Below are positions 36,960 to 46,385 of a stretch of 64,000 nt of DNA, piece after piece (the first letter of the stretch is position 1; each line of letters opens with the position of its first letter). The DNA lies in assembly GCA_049290195.1 (NCBI GenBank), contig JBATNE010000036.1, positions 401 through 64,400 of the forward strand. The letters run 5' to 3'. The translations under genes and the position numbers were made by a program. This DNA is from Candidatus Zixiibacteriota bacterium (GTDB taxonomy: Bacteria > Zixibacteria > MSB-5A5 > GN15 > FEB-12). Under the pieces are notes generated by a model. The model searched no databases and was not told where the DNA came from. It worked only from the letters and a program-made list of their open reading frames with translations.

Positions 36960-38084
36960 CTACTTGGTCACGAGTCGGTGATAGAGATCTTCGTGTCGTT
37001 TCAGGAATCTCGACATAGAATACTCCTCAATGGCGCGTTTCCTGCCGACTTCCACGAGTCGTCTCGAAAGATCCAGGTCCTTCAGGACTTTGAGCATCCC
37101 CTCGGCAAGGGCGGTACCATTGCCGGCCGGGACGAGGACACCCGCTTTGCCGTGGTCTACAATTTCTCCAGGGCCACCACAATCGGTCACCACAACCGGT
37201 AATCCGAACGACATAGCTTCTATCGTAGTGATCGAGAATCCTTCGTGTACGGAAGAGCAAACATAGAGATTGGCTACCGAGAGCAGGGTCGCAATATCCG
37301 GGAAATGTCCCAGAAAGGTAACCGAGTCCTCGACTTTCAGTTCGCGCATCAATCGGTCCAGACCGAGCTCCGGGACAAGTCGGTCATATCCGGCGATGAG
37401 CACGCGGAAGTTCGGCAGGTGCTTCGTAACCTCCGCCGTAGCCCGAAGAAGAAACTCATATCCCTTTACGTCGCGAATATTGCCGATCGCGACCGCCGTA
37501 GGAGTCCCCTCGCGAAGTTGGTACTTCTCCCGGAAGGCTCTGATTGTGGCCTCATCCGAACGCTTGTCTATACGCGACGAGTCGAATCCGTTTGGAATGA
37601 TCACAAGTTTAGCAGGATTGACCTTATAAGTTGCGGTGACGGCCTTTGCGAGAGAATCAGACACAACGACTGTGCGGTTGGTCATGATCGAGGCAAACCG
37701 CCCGTAAAATCGAGCAGCGGGAGTAACTTCGTGCGGAAGCAGACCATGGATCGAAACCACTCTGCGACATCGCGCAACCAAAGAGGACAGACCGTTGTAG
37801 GTGTTCATCTTCATCAGATGGCTGTGGACGAGATCGATTCGGTGCGAGACGATCGCTTTGCGCAGCGCCCACATGGTGGCAAATCGCATGCCTCCGCCGC
37901 TGATAACTTCTATCGGAACGCCGATTGGCCGATAGTACGGAACCAGTACTCCTTCCTGGACAACGGCAACTACCGTTTCGAATTGCGACTGGTCCAGACC
38001 GGCAGCGAGGTCATAGACGACTTTTTCCGCGCCTCCCGGAGCGCCGACATCCTCAATCAATTGCATGACCCGGATCTTAGCCAT
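36960..38084 (-). CDS. GT4 glycosyltransferase
   Basis: IRVMQLIEDVGAPGGAEK and EGFSITTIEAMSFGLPVVVTDCGG. Paralog of the GT4 half of 30408..32624. Confidence 0.8.
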   Translation of the reverse strand: MAKIRVMQLIEDVGAPGGAEKVVYDLAAGLDQSQFETVVAVVQEGVLVPYYRPIGVPIEVISGGGMRFATMWALRKAIVSHRIDLVHSHLMKMNTYNGLSSLVARCRRVVSIHGLLPHEVTPAARFYGRFASIMTNRTVVVSDSLAKAVTATYKVNPAKLVIIPNGFDSSRIDKRSDEATIRAFREKYQLREGTPTAVAIGNIRDVKGYEFLLRATAEVTKHLPNFRVLIAGYDRLVPELGLDRLMRELKVEDSVTFLGHFPDIATLLSVANLYVCSSVHEGFSITTIEAMSFGLPVVVTDCGGPGEIVDHGKAGVLVPAGNGTALAEGMLKVLKDLDLSRRLVEVGRKRAIEEYSMSRFLKRHEDLYHRLVTK

Positions 38085-39309
38085 TGGTGCGGCTCCCCAC
38101 TGCAGATTGAGTGCTCTTTAGTGCCTGCACTATTTCCGAACGATCCCGGGACGTGACATAGGCATGAGTCGGCAGCGTGACGAGACATCGTGCCACACGC
38201 ACCGCATTGGGATAACTGCTTTCATCCGGCTGGGATCCGGCAAAAAGCTCTCTATCCTGAATGACGGCAAGAGTACTATTGTACATTCGGCTGGCTCCGC
38301 ACTTCTGCAGCGTGGCAAACAGATGATCTCGCAATTCTTCATTAGAACACAGTATCGGCAGACGCAGGAAGGTCGAATGTTCCGGACTGATTCCCGTCAT
38401 CGGCATGGTTGCCTCCGAGGTCTGTAATTGAGACAGAATATTCCTGGCCGCAGCTGCTCGTTCCCGGTTTGTTTGATCCAACCTGGCCAACATGCGCCTG
38501 CATAGAACGGCGGCCGTGCGATGCATCTGTGTTGGACGCATGGTGGGATCATAATGTGTCTCACCGAGTCTAATGAATGGCAGCGCCCCGATCAACCAAA
38601 AGAGCGTTGGGCGAAGAAACAGCCAAATCACCTTCACTTCAATCATAAGCTTGAGGTTGGCAAGGATGCCGGGTGACGGCAGCGCCTCGACCGTCTTCCC
38701 CAATAGCGCGGCATGCGCATCGTCATTCGTGATGATAATGCCGCCCCTGATAGATGTAATTGCCTTTCCCTTACTCAGACTGAAAAAGCCGAAATCACCA
38801 TGCATCCCAGCGCACTTTCCCCTGCATTGGAGCCCCATAGACTGGGCTACATCTTCAATGAGCAGCACACCCTTCGATCGTGCAAGATTCTGCACCGCCT
38901 CGATGTTGCATCCTAATCCAAAGGGATAGACGAGTAGTATAGCGCGGGTAGTTGGACCTATGGCCTGTTCCAGTTTGGCCAGATCATAGTCATAGCCGTT
39001 CCGATCAAGGTCAACCAGACGAACTTTGTATCCGGCAGCCTTGACAGCCGATGGAACTGAAAAACAGGTATACGCCGGGATTATCACTTCCCTGCGCTTG
39101 TCTTCGTTCGCCAAGGAGGTCAATATCACGGTCAGCGCCCCACGACCGGAACCGGTCAAATAGACATGCCGTGCTCCGAAATGGGAAGATACCTCGTTCC
39201 GCAACTTGCGGTATTGGTTGGGCAAGAATATCGAGGCGAAAAGGGTTGCGCAAAGATCACCAAATGTGATTCGCGTACCTGCCGGCGATAATTGACGTGG
39301 CCATCCCAT
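38077..39309 (-). CDS. DegT/DnrJ/EryC1/StrS-family PLP aminotransferase-like protein
   Basis: EVIIPAYTCFSVPSAV, LLIEDVAQSMG and FFSLSKGKAITSIRGG (PLP-Lys region). Confidence 0.7.
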   Translation of the reverse strand: MGWPRQLSPAGTRITFGDLCATLFASIFLPNQYRKLRNEVSSHFGARHVYLTGSGRGALTVILTSLANEDKRREVIIPAYTCFSVPSAVKAAGYKVRLVDLDRNGYDYDLAKLEQAIGPTTRAILLVYPFGLGCNIEAVQNLARSKGVLLIEDVAQSMGLQCRGKCAGMHGDFGFFSLSKGKAITSIRGGIIITNDDAHAALLGKTVEALPSPGILANLKLMIEVKVIWLFLRPTLFWLIGALPFIRLGETHYDPTMRPTQMHRTAAVLCRRMLARLDQTNRERAAAARNILSQLQTSEATMPMTGISPEHSTFLRLPILCSNEELRDHLFATLQKCGASRMYNSTLAVIQDRELFAGSQPDESSYPNAVRVARCLVTLPTHAYVTSRDRSEIVQALKSTQSAVGSRTNG

Positions 39310-39331
39310 CGTTAGTTCTCCCGATAACCTG

Positions 39332-40423
39332 TCATGGAATAAATCGGGACAGTCTCGGCCCGAGCAAAGTGGTTATGGGGAGCGGAAGTCTGCTCCAAAC
39401 GGCGATAGCCATTTGGTACTTCTTGTTGGACGGGTTGAGCGACGGCAGAGATCCGGTCGCCAGGTACGGGTACTCCCAGTAGAGCTGGAATTCCTGGCAT
39501 CCGAAATGTCGCTTGAAGTCCGCCGGTCCGGATTCTTTGGTTGAGCGGCCAAAGTCGCACTGCTTTAGTCCAGCCTTTATGGCGTCGCGCGTTGCTTCCC
39601 ACGAGACCAAGTAGTTGGCCAGTCGTGTCTTGTGCTTGGAGGGATATCCGCCCCAAATATGGAACATGGTGTCTCGCCATGTGATCGTCAGCTTGACTCC
39701 GGCGGGATCACCGTCCTTGGATGCAACATAGAAGCAGACCATATTGCCAAAGTGTTTCCGAACAGCTTCGAAAAAGCTCTTCGGCAGAACTGGCGTACCG
39801 TGCTCTTTCATCGCAATGGCAAAGCCGCGATAGAATTCATTGACAATGTCCCGGCCCCGCGTCATTTCCAGTTTATGCTCGTCGACTTTGCGGATACGGT
39901 TTCTAGTCGCTTTACGAAAGGCGGCAAACGTCTCTTCCTCGGTGGCGGCCAGGGGAAGGATGTAAGTCGCCTTTTCAAGCTTGATCGGATGTGAATCCGC
40001 TGGTTGGCGCACGTTCCGAAACTCGAGATAGTTCGCCTGATGTCCCTTGGCCAGATCAATGGCTGCGGTGTAGAGGGCTAACTGGGCTTCAGGCGTATTA
40101 GCGCATACTCCGCCGTAATTGAGAAAGGGCATTGATGAAAGTGACACGCCAAAGATCCGACTCTTCACAAGAACGAGCGGCGCGATACCGACTATCCGCT
40201 CACCCTGATACGCAGCCAGATATGTGGATTCATGCCCGAGCGATTCGCTCAGCACATGGCGCCATGAATGCAGGTGATAGAGGGTAGCGTCCGGATTGTT
40301 GTTAACGTAGGCGTCCCACTCCTTGCCAGAGCCGGAGTATGGTCGCACAGTGATCGGACCGGATTCGGAGCCGCCGTGATTACCGGAAAATTGTCTATCT
40401 GTAGATTGTTCCATATGTCTCAT
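39332..40423 (-). CDS. FemAB-family / GNAT-fold protein of the type found in PEP-CTERM-style EPS loci
   Basis: WDAYVNNNPDATLYHLHSWRHVLSESLGHES..GIAPLVLVKSRIFGVSLSSMPFLNYGGV matches my recollection of the FemAB-like EPS-locus family. The start is ambiguous (40423 or 40414). Confidence 0.65.
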   Translation of the reverse strand: MRHMEQSTDRQFSGNHGGSESGPITVRPYSGSGKEWDAYVNNNPDATLYHLHSWRHVLSESLGHESTYLAAYQGERIVGIAPLVLVKSRIFGVSLSSMPFLNYGGVCANTPEAQLALYTAAIDLAKGHQANYLEFRNVRQPADSHPIKLEKATYILPLAATEEETFAAFRKATRNRIRKVDEHKLEMTRGRDIVNEFYRGFAIAMKEHGTPVLPKSFFEAVRKHFGNMVCFYVASKDGDPAGVKLTITWRDTMFHIWGGYPSKHKTRLANYLVSWEATRDAIKAGLKQCDFGRSTKESGPADFKRHFGCQEFQLYWEYPYLATGSLPSLNPSNKKYQMAIAVWSRLPLPITTLLGPRLSRFIP

Positions 40424-40430
40424 TTCGAAT

Positions 40431-41981
40431 TCAGATTTGTCCCTCCAACGGAACAGCCGTCGGCACTTGTGCTTGTTCAGCCTTTTCGGCGTCGGCATAC
40501 CGCTTTCTGATAATCACACTGACACTGCGTGCCAGCAGGGCCATCAGGTAGGGATGCGGATAATAGAGGCTCGTGATGAAGCAGCCGGACACAAGGTAGC
40601 CGATCAGGCCAACATCGATTCCGTGCGTCAGGTTGTAGAAAAACGAGTCGGCCTCGCCGTGGGCCACCAGTTTCTCGCGCGATCGTCTGTTCTCCCGAAA
40701 AGTCAGAAAGAGTAGCCAGAGAAAGACAGCAAGGCCGATGAAACCGAGTTCGGAGGTCACCTGGACGAAGATGTTGTGCGGCTCCCACCACTGTGGAGGC
40801 TGGTCGGGCGGGCGATATTTCATGCCATAGGCCTGGGAAAAACATCCCACGCCCACGCCGATAATCGGCCGATCCATTATCATGTGCAGCCCGGCCGTCC
40901 ATAGCGTAAGCCTGATATTGGCCGACTCGTCTTCCTCGAACTTCGAAGTTGAGGCAATACGATCAATGTACTGCGCAGGCAACATCGGTATGGTTATGAC
41001 CGTAACACCGAGTACGCACAGCGCAATGAGCGCCTTGCGCGAACTCCGCCAGAATATGACCATCAACACCACCAGCGTGCCCACAAAAGCTCCGCGCGCA
41101 CCGCAGACGACGATTGAGACGAAGTACATCAGCAACAGGCCAATTGCTCCGGCCCTGTTCCACCCCTGCTTGAGTGTCGGCAGCAGGTAGTAAATAAAGG
41201 GGAGCATCGCCAGAACGGCCAATCCAAGCTCCGAGGCATTCGCCAGGAAACCGGCGGAATAGCCGCCCACACCATGCACGTTTTCCTCAACACCATAGTT
41301 GATGGGACTGGATGTGTCGAGGTTCAGCGGACCAATATGGATGCCGTACCCGCCAAGTCCGGTCGTTCGATTGAGACCGATCGTGAGATAAGTCCAGATC
41401 TGAACGAACGCAACAAATGCGACACACCCTATCACCATCCAGGTAAATAGTTTGACATGACGTTCCGTCCGGAGAATCTGGGAGGCGAGCAGCCAGAAGA
41501 TGAGAAAGCGGAAGAAGTCGCCGATGTAGTTCATCGAGTGGCTGATGAAGACCGATGTTCCAACCGAGAGGCACATGACGACGAAAAACGCCATAATGGC
41601 TGTATCGATTGGTTCGATGAAGAACTTCTCTTTGCGAATAATGAACTGATCAAATATCCACAGCGCGATGAGCAGTCCCAGAAGAATGAACTGAACTTTC
41701 GCTGTGGCCAGAGCCGGGACCAGGTCTGCCGGGCGAAGGTACACCATCATTACATACATCAAGAAACCAGTGAACGGTCGTTTGACTACCCAGATGCCAA
41801 ACACCAGGGCGATAATTGCCGCTATTGGAAATAGAAAGTCAGTTGCCAGGCCGGCCACAGCCAGGATCACTGATGTGCCAATCAGGGCGATATACCCCAG
41901 CACCTGCGGGGTAACTAATTGTATTTCCTTGCGCGTGTTCATTATCTGCAATCTGTCAGTCAGTTGTGAGTCATCTGCCAC
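40431..41981 (-). CDS. O-antigen ligase/polymerase-like (Wzy_C) polytopic membrane protein
   Basis: About 12 hydrophobic segments and a large loop region, with size and context typical of Wzy/WaaL-like proteins. The start could be MNTRKE (41942). Confidence 0.65.
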   Translation of the reverse strand: MADDSQLTDRLQIMNTRKEIQLVTPQVLGYIALIGTSVILAVAGLATDFLFPIAAIIALVFGIWVVKRPFTGFLMYVMMVYLRPADLVPALATAKVQFILLGLLIALWIFDQFIIRKEKFFIEPIDTAIMAFFVVMCLSVGTSVFISHSMNYIGDFFRFLIFWLLASQILRTERHVKLFTWMVIGCVAFVAFVQIWTYLTIGLNRTTGLGGYGIHIGPLNLDTSSPINYGVEENVHGVGGYSAGFLANASELGLAVLAMLPFIYYLLPTLKQGWNRAGAIGLLLMYFVSIVVCGARGAFVGTLVVLMVIFWRSSRKALIALCVLGVTVITIPMLPAQYIDRIASTSKFEEDESANIRLTLWTAGLHMIMDRPIIGVGVGCFSQAYGMKYRPPDQPPQWWEPHNIFVQVTSELGFIGLAVFLWLLFLTFRENRRSREKLVAHGEADSFFYNLTHGIDVGLIGYLVSGCFITSLYYPHPYLMALLARSVSVIIRKRYADAEKAEQAQVPTAVPLEGQI

Positions 41982-42015
41982 GTTGGCTACTTATACGACT
42001 GGCCCTATCATGCGA

Positions 42016-43467
42016 TCAACTGACTGTCACCTTTTGTCCGGCCCGATCCTGCTTAACCTGTGTTCCTTGCCCGTTTGTCAGAGAGTCTAATAGCTGTGCC
42101 AACCGACCGGTCAGGACTTTTCTATCGTACTGACGAATATAGCTCCAATTCGGTTCCGTCTGCAATTGACCTGTCTGTTTTCTTCGAACGAGCTCTCGCA
42201 ATGCCTCTTCAATCTTGCCGGTATCCTCCGCCGGAACGAAAATCCCGGTTCCGCTTCGACGAACCATGTCGGCGCTCTCTCCTTCCCATCCCAGCATGAG
42301 TATGGGTCGGCCCGCCCGAAGAAGTTCAAACAGCTTGCCGGGGATAATTTTGTCGTTGGTGTTCACATCCCCTTTGGCCGGCATGAGGAGAATGACATCT
42401 GATGCCATCATCGTATGAAGTGCATCGTGATGAGGAATAAAGCCGGTGAGGCTGACATGGTCCTTGAGCTGAGGGACCGAAACCGCCTCCGTATGTTCAT
42501 CCAGCATCTTGCCGATAAACGTAAGCTTCATCTTGTGAGCGAATTCCGGCTTGGAGACCAGGTTTTGATACGCGGTCAGCAGCGGCATCATGGCTGAATC
42601 TTCATACACCGTTCCGACATTGAGAATGCTTAGATGCGGCGCCTGGTGGTCGCGATAGATCCGGGCTGCGTCAAAATCACGGTAATCCGACTCGTCGTAT
42701 CCGTTGGTAATACTGGCATGTTTGGACTTTTCAAATTCAGGGAACGACGACTGAGAAAGCTGCGCCATCCGTTCGCCGACATGAAGGATGATATCAGCTT
42801 TCCTCAGCACTTTGCGTTCCATACGCCGCTCGAGATTGACGCGCGCTTTCGGGCGGGACTTCTTCATGAAGTTGTCGGACCAGGGATCTCGGAAGTCTGC
42901 GATCCAGGGTTTGCCGGTTAATCGCTTGAGCCAGAGCCCCACCAGGTGGTTGGTCTCGGGTGGAGAGGTCGTTATGATCGCATCGATCTGCTCACTCCTT
43001 ATCGCCTGGAGTCCTTTCGCTACCGCCATCGGCACCCAGCCGACATGTTCATCCGGCGTGTACAAATAGTCGTGAGAGAAATGGCTCAATGGAGAGAAGA
43101 CCAGCTTCTTAATCGTGCCCTTGAGCGAGAAGCCGCGATGCTCATTGGTATCTTCGGAGGTGGCTGCGGACACGTCGGTAGTCGCAGCCGGGAGAGGTTT
43201 CTCGGCTGCGGGCTTGCGATACAAGTTGTGGAAGAGTGCTTCTTCCCATCGTTTTGGCTCGATAGAGTGCGCTCGATACACCGCCGCGCACTCGGGGAGT
43301 TCGGCAACAAGTGTCTCGTCGATAATATCATGGGGATAGTTGGACACCGTCAAAATAACCGGGCGCCAGCCGAATTCGGGCAGGTACTTCGCAAATTTAA
43401 GCGGTCGGTACACGCCGCTGGTACTGCGCGGAGGAAAGTCATACGCAACGATCAGCACTGTCTTCAT
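42016..43467 (-). CDS. Glycosyltransferase (GT4-like)
   Basis: MKTVLIVAYDFPPRSTSGVYRPLKFAKYLPEFGWRPVILTV at the N-terminus and PGKLFELLRAGRPILMLG in the C-terminal half. The longer ORF-track start is rejected. Confidence 0.7.
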   Translation of the reverse strand: MKTVLIVAYDFPPRSTSGVYRPLKFAKYLPEFGWRPVILTVSNYPHDIIDETLVAELPECAAVYRAHSIEPKRWEEALFHNLYRKPAAEKPLPAATTDVSAATSEDTNEHRGFSLKGTIKKLVFSPLSHFSHDYLYTPDEHVGWVPMAVAKGLQAIRSEQIDAIITTSPPETNHLVGLWLKRLTGKPWIADFRDPWSDNFMKKSRPKARVNLERRMERKVLRKADIILHVGERMAQLSQSSFPEFEKSKHASITNGYDESDYRDFDAARIYRDHQAPHLSILNVGTVYEDSAMMPLLTAYQNLVSKPEFAHKMKLTFIGKMLDEHTEAVSVPQLKDHVSLTGFIPHHDALHTMMASDVILLMPAKGDVNTNDKIIPGKLFELLRAGRPILMLGWEGESADMVRRSGTGIFVPAEDTGKIEEALRELVRRKQTGQLQTEPNWSYIRQYDRKVLTGRLAQLLDSLTNGQGTQVKQDRAGQKVTVS

Positions 43468-43522
43468 AGCACGATCACCACTTCTCCCGGCACTGGTCTG
43501 ACACGAATCGCTTTGCCCCGGC

Positions 43523-44182
43523 TCAGAATCTTGCCACCGCCTTGCGGATATAGAAAGCTTCGACATACCGGCTCTGGACACCTGCCTGGACAGCGCGAAC
43601 CCGCATCAGTCCAAGAAACGTGTCATCCGTAAACCACCGTTTGGTCCGCTGGGAGACAAAACTGTTCTGCAGAATTGTCACCTTCCGGCGCGCCAACTCA
43701 TCATCCACTTCGACAAAGAGATTCGGATTCCCGAAATCGCCGTCATATTTCGGGATCTCATATTCCAGAATCAAATGATCCCGCCAGGTATTCCAGGTCA
43801 ACTCGTTGACAATCCGGTGATCCTGGTGGGCGTCCGCATGGTAATGAGTGAAGATGACATCTGGTGTCAGCGTATTTTTGAGCTGTTCAAAAACATCCTT
43901 GATCTCGCCACCGGAGTAGGGAAAGAAACCATCCCGGAACTCCCGGCACTGGACGTCGGAACGGGCGGCTCCAGCCAGGAACTGGCCGGCGCTCTGACGA
44001 GCTTCGCTCTCCCGCTCTCCTTTAGCGCTCAACACCACCCAATGGATAGTGCTGGCCGGATAGTCCCGAACCAGGCGCAGAATGGTACCGCCGCAGCCGA
44101 TTTCAATATCATCGCTGTGTGCGCCGATTACGAGTATCTGCTCGGGAGTCTTTGTCCCCAGCCCCAGTGACAGTTGCTTCAT
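43523..44182 (-). CDS. PIG-L / LmbE-family deacetylase
   Basis: VIGAHSDDIEIGCGGT and HADAHQDH motifs. Confidence 0.8.
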   Translation of the reverse strand: MKQLSLGLGTKTPEQILVIGAHSDDIEIGCGGTILRLVRDYPASTIHWVVLSAKGERESEARQSAGQFLAGAARSDVQCREFRDGFFPYSGGEIKDVFEQLKNTLTPDVIFTHYHADAHQDHRIVNELTWNTWRDHLILEYEIPKYDGDFGNPNLFVEVDDELARRKVTILQNSFVSQRTKRWFTDDTFLGLMRVRAVQAGVQSRYVEAFYIRKAVARF

Positions 44183-44191
44183 GGCAAATCC

Positions 44192-44977
44192 CTATTTGCT
44201 CTGGTGGTTCATTCGTGCCCAGGGTGTGTCGCCGCGCGAATACAGATCATCAAACATCTGTTTGTCCTTGAATGTATCCATGCAGGCCCAGAACCCCTTG
44301 TGGCAGTAGCCGACCAGTTGCTTCTTTTCAATGAGCCGACCGAGCGGCTCGGAAACCAGATCTTCGCCCGGTTTCATATAGTCAAATATCTCTTTTCGTA
44401 GAATGAAGTAGCCGCCGTTAATCCAGAGACCCGAGCGGCTGATATGATGCATGTCTTTTACATAGTCATCGTCTCCCATCTCCACGACATGGAAACTCTG
44501 GCTCGGCTGGACCAGGAGCATGCTGCCGATCTTGTTGTGCTTGTGGAAGAACGCCAGCATCTGGTCAAGCGGCGCATCGGTGAGCCCGTCAGCGTAGTTG
44601 GCGAGAAAGACATCCTCGTTCTCAACATACTTCTTCGCCGCCATCAGGCGGTCGCCGATATTGGAGCGGGCCCCGGTTTCGACGAAGGTGATGTTCCAAT
44701 CCTGGATGTCACTGCCGTGGAGAGTGACATCCTTGCCACCCTTGGACAGCGTAAAGTCGTTGGACAGGCACTCGTCGTACTTGAGGAAATACTCCTTGAT
44801 CAGGTCACCACGATAACCGAGACACAGCACAAAATCCTTCACCCCGTATTGGGCGTAGTATTTCATCACATGCCAGATGATCGGCCGGTAGCCGATCGTA
44901 ACCATCGGTTTCGGTATGGTGTCGGAATATTCCCGAAGTCGTGTTCCGAGTCCTCCGCAAAACAGCACAACTTTCAT
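44192..44977 (-). CDS. rfbF: Glucose-1-phosphate cytidylyltransferase-type nucleotidyltransferase
   Basis: MKVVLFCGGLGTRLREYSDTIPKPMVTIGYRPIIWHVMKYY is a near-canonical RfbF N-terminus. Confidence 0.85.
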   Translation of the reverse strand: MKVVLFCGGLGTRLREYSDTIPKPMVTIGYRPIIWHVMKYYAQYGVKDFVLCLGYRGDLIKEYFLKYDECLSNDFTLSKGGKDVTLHGSDIQDWNITFVETGARSNIGDRLMAAKKYVENEDVFLANYADGLTDAPLDQMLAFFHKHNKIGSMLLVQPSQSFHVVEMGDDDYVKDMHHISRSGLWINGGYFILRKEIFDYMKPGEDLVSEPLGRLIEKKQLVGYCHKGFWACMDTFKDKQMFDDLYSRGDTPWARMNHQSK

Positions 44978-44990
44978 AAACGTACCTTCC

Positions 44991-46349
44991 TTAGCAATAC
45001 GGACGCATGACCGGCTTTACGGATTGGCCGATCAGATATTTTTCATAGCCCTCTTCCAGAGCTTTCTTATACACAACCAGTGACTCTCCGACCGCCGTGA
45101 TCGTGCGGGCAATTTCGTCATCTCCATGGGAGAAACTTATAACCAGCGAGGGAGTGAGAAATCCGCGCTTCACCATTTCCTGCATAAACAGGGTACGATA
45201 CGGCTGCGACGGCTGCTTGTTCGGATCGCGGGTTGCGAAGACAAGATTGCAATTACGACCGAGAATCTCAAAACAGCCGTTCAGTTTAATCTCGTCGATT
45301 ACTTTGTTCAATCCGGTCCGGAGTTTCTCACCTTGCTGGTGGAGATAGTCAGTGACCTTTTCTTCCTTGTATATTCGCATGATTTCCACTGCCGCGGCCA
45401 GCGCGTGCTGTTCCGCGCCATGAGTCGTCGACAGGAGGAAGACCCGCTCCTTGTCGTGGTGGATACCGCCCCGCTGCATTATGTCGCTCCGTCCGGCAAG
45501 TGCGGAAACGGCGAATCCGTTACCGAGCCCCTTACCGAACGTGCACAGATCAGGCTTGAGCCCGTAAACATGCTGTGCGCCTGACAGGTGCCAGCGAAAT
45601 CCGGTAATCATTTCGTCGAGTATGAATACCACCCCGTGGGCGCGACAGAGATCCTGCAGCTGGACGAGAAATTCTCCCTTTGGAGCAATCGATGTCTCAG
45701 CTTCCAGAATCAGACAGGCGATCTGGTTGGGATATTTGGCAAACAGCGTCTTGACTGATTCAATGTCATTGAAATGAAATCCAACTGTAAGGTCTCGAAT
45801 CGCCTGAGGTATGCCGGCATTCATGGCCGTTGATCCGATAAACCAGTCATCAATCGAAAAGAACGGCTGGTCCTTACAAATAGCTACCAGGTTTCTCCCG
45901 GTATATGCCCGCGACAATTTCACTGCCGCGCTGGTGGCATCGGACCCGTTCTTGCAGAACTTAACCATCTCGGCATTGGGAATGCATTCGAGAAACTTCT
46001 CCGCGCAGGTCAATTCCATGATACCGGGTCGTGTGTAGTTTTCTCCCAGCTTCATCTGTCGATAGGCTGCTTCGACGACCGACGGATATGCGTGTCCCAG
46101 AGTTACTGCCCGCAGCCCCATCCCATATTCAATAAACTCACGACCATCGGGATCCCATACATGGCATCCCTGACCGCGGACTATGCAGGCGGGCGCGTTA
46201 GCGGGATACTGATCATCCCCTTTGGCATAGGTATGTGCACCTCCGGGAATGAGCGCATGAAGACGCTGTTGCAACACTTGGGTGTGCGGTGACGCCTGCT
46301 CCTGGCGGGAGTGTGGCATCGCATTATTGTGGTCGATCGCACGTTTCAC
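44991..46349 (-). CDS. Class-III PLP aminotransferase (glutamate-1-semialdehyde aminomutase-like)
   Basis: IPGGAHTYAKG.., ILDEMITGFR and FGKGLGNGFAVSAL (PLP-Lys region). Confidence 0.75.
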   Translation of the reverse strand: MKRAIDHNNAMPHSRQEQASPHTQVLQQRLHALIPGGAHTYAKGDDQYPANAPACIVRGQGCHVWDPDGREFIEYGMGLRAVTLGHAYPSVVEAAYRQMKLGENYTRPGIMELTCAEKFLECIPNAEMVKFCKNGSDATSAAVKLSRAYTGRNLVAICKDQPFFSIDDWFIGSTAMNAGIPQAIRDLTVGFHFNDIESVKTLFAKYPNQIACLILEAETSIAPKGEFLVQLQDLCRAHGVVFILDEMITGFRWHLSGAQHVYGLKPDLCTFGKGLGNGFAVSALAGRSDIMQRGGIHHDKERVFLLSTTHGAEQHALAAAVEIMRIYKEEKVTDYLHQQGEKLRTGLNKVIDEIKLNGCFEILGRNCNLVFATRDPNKQPSQPYRTLFMQEMVKRGFLTPSLVISFSHGDDEIARTITAVGESLVVYKKALEEGYEKYLIGQSVKPVMRPYC

Positions 46350-46385
46350 GTTCTGAAACCTCGTAGTTTGCCCGGTGATCGTTGG

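Noticed and set aside
37245-38156. 303-aa plus-strand ORF. The same applies to 2652..3386, 12860..13525, 21731..22282, 27379..27912, 42946..43632, 44444..45010 and 52257..52760.
   Set aside because: All are antisense to genes with clear family motifs. They have Arg/Pro/Gly/His-rich, low-complexity translations and no RBS. They are typical shadow ORFs of GC-rich coding DNA.
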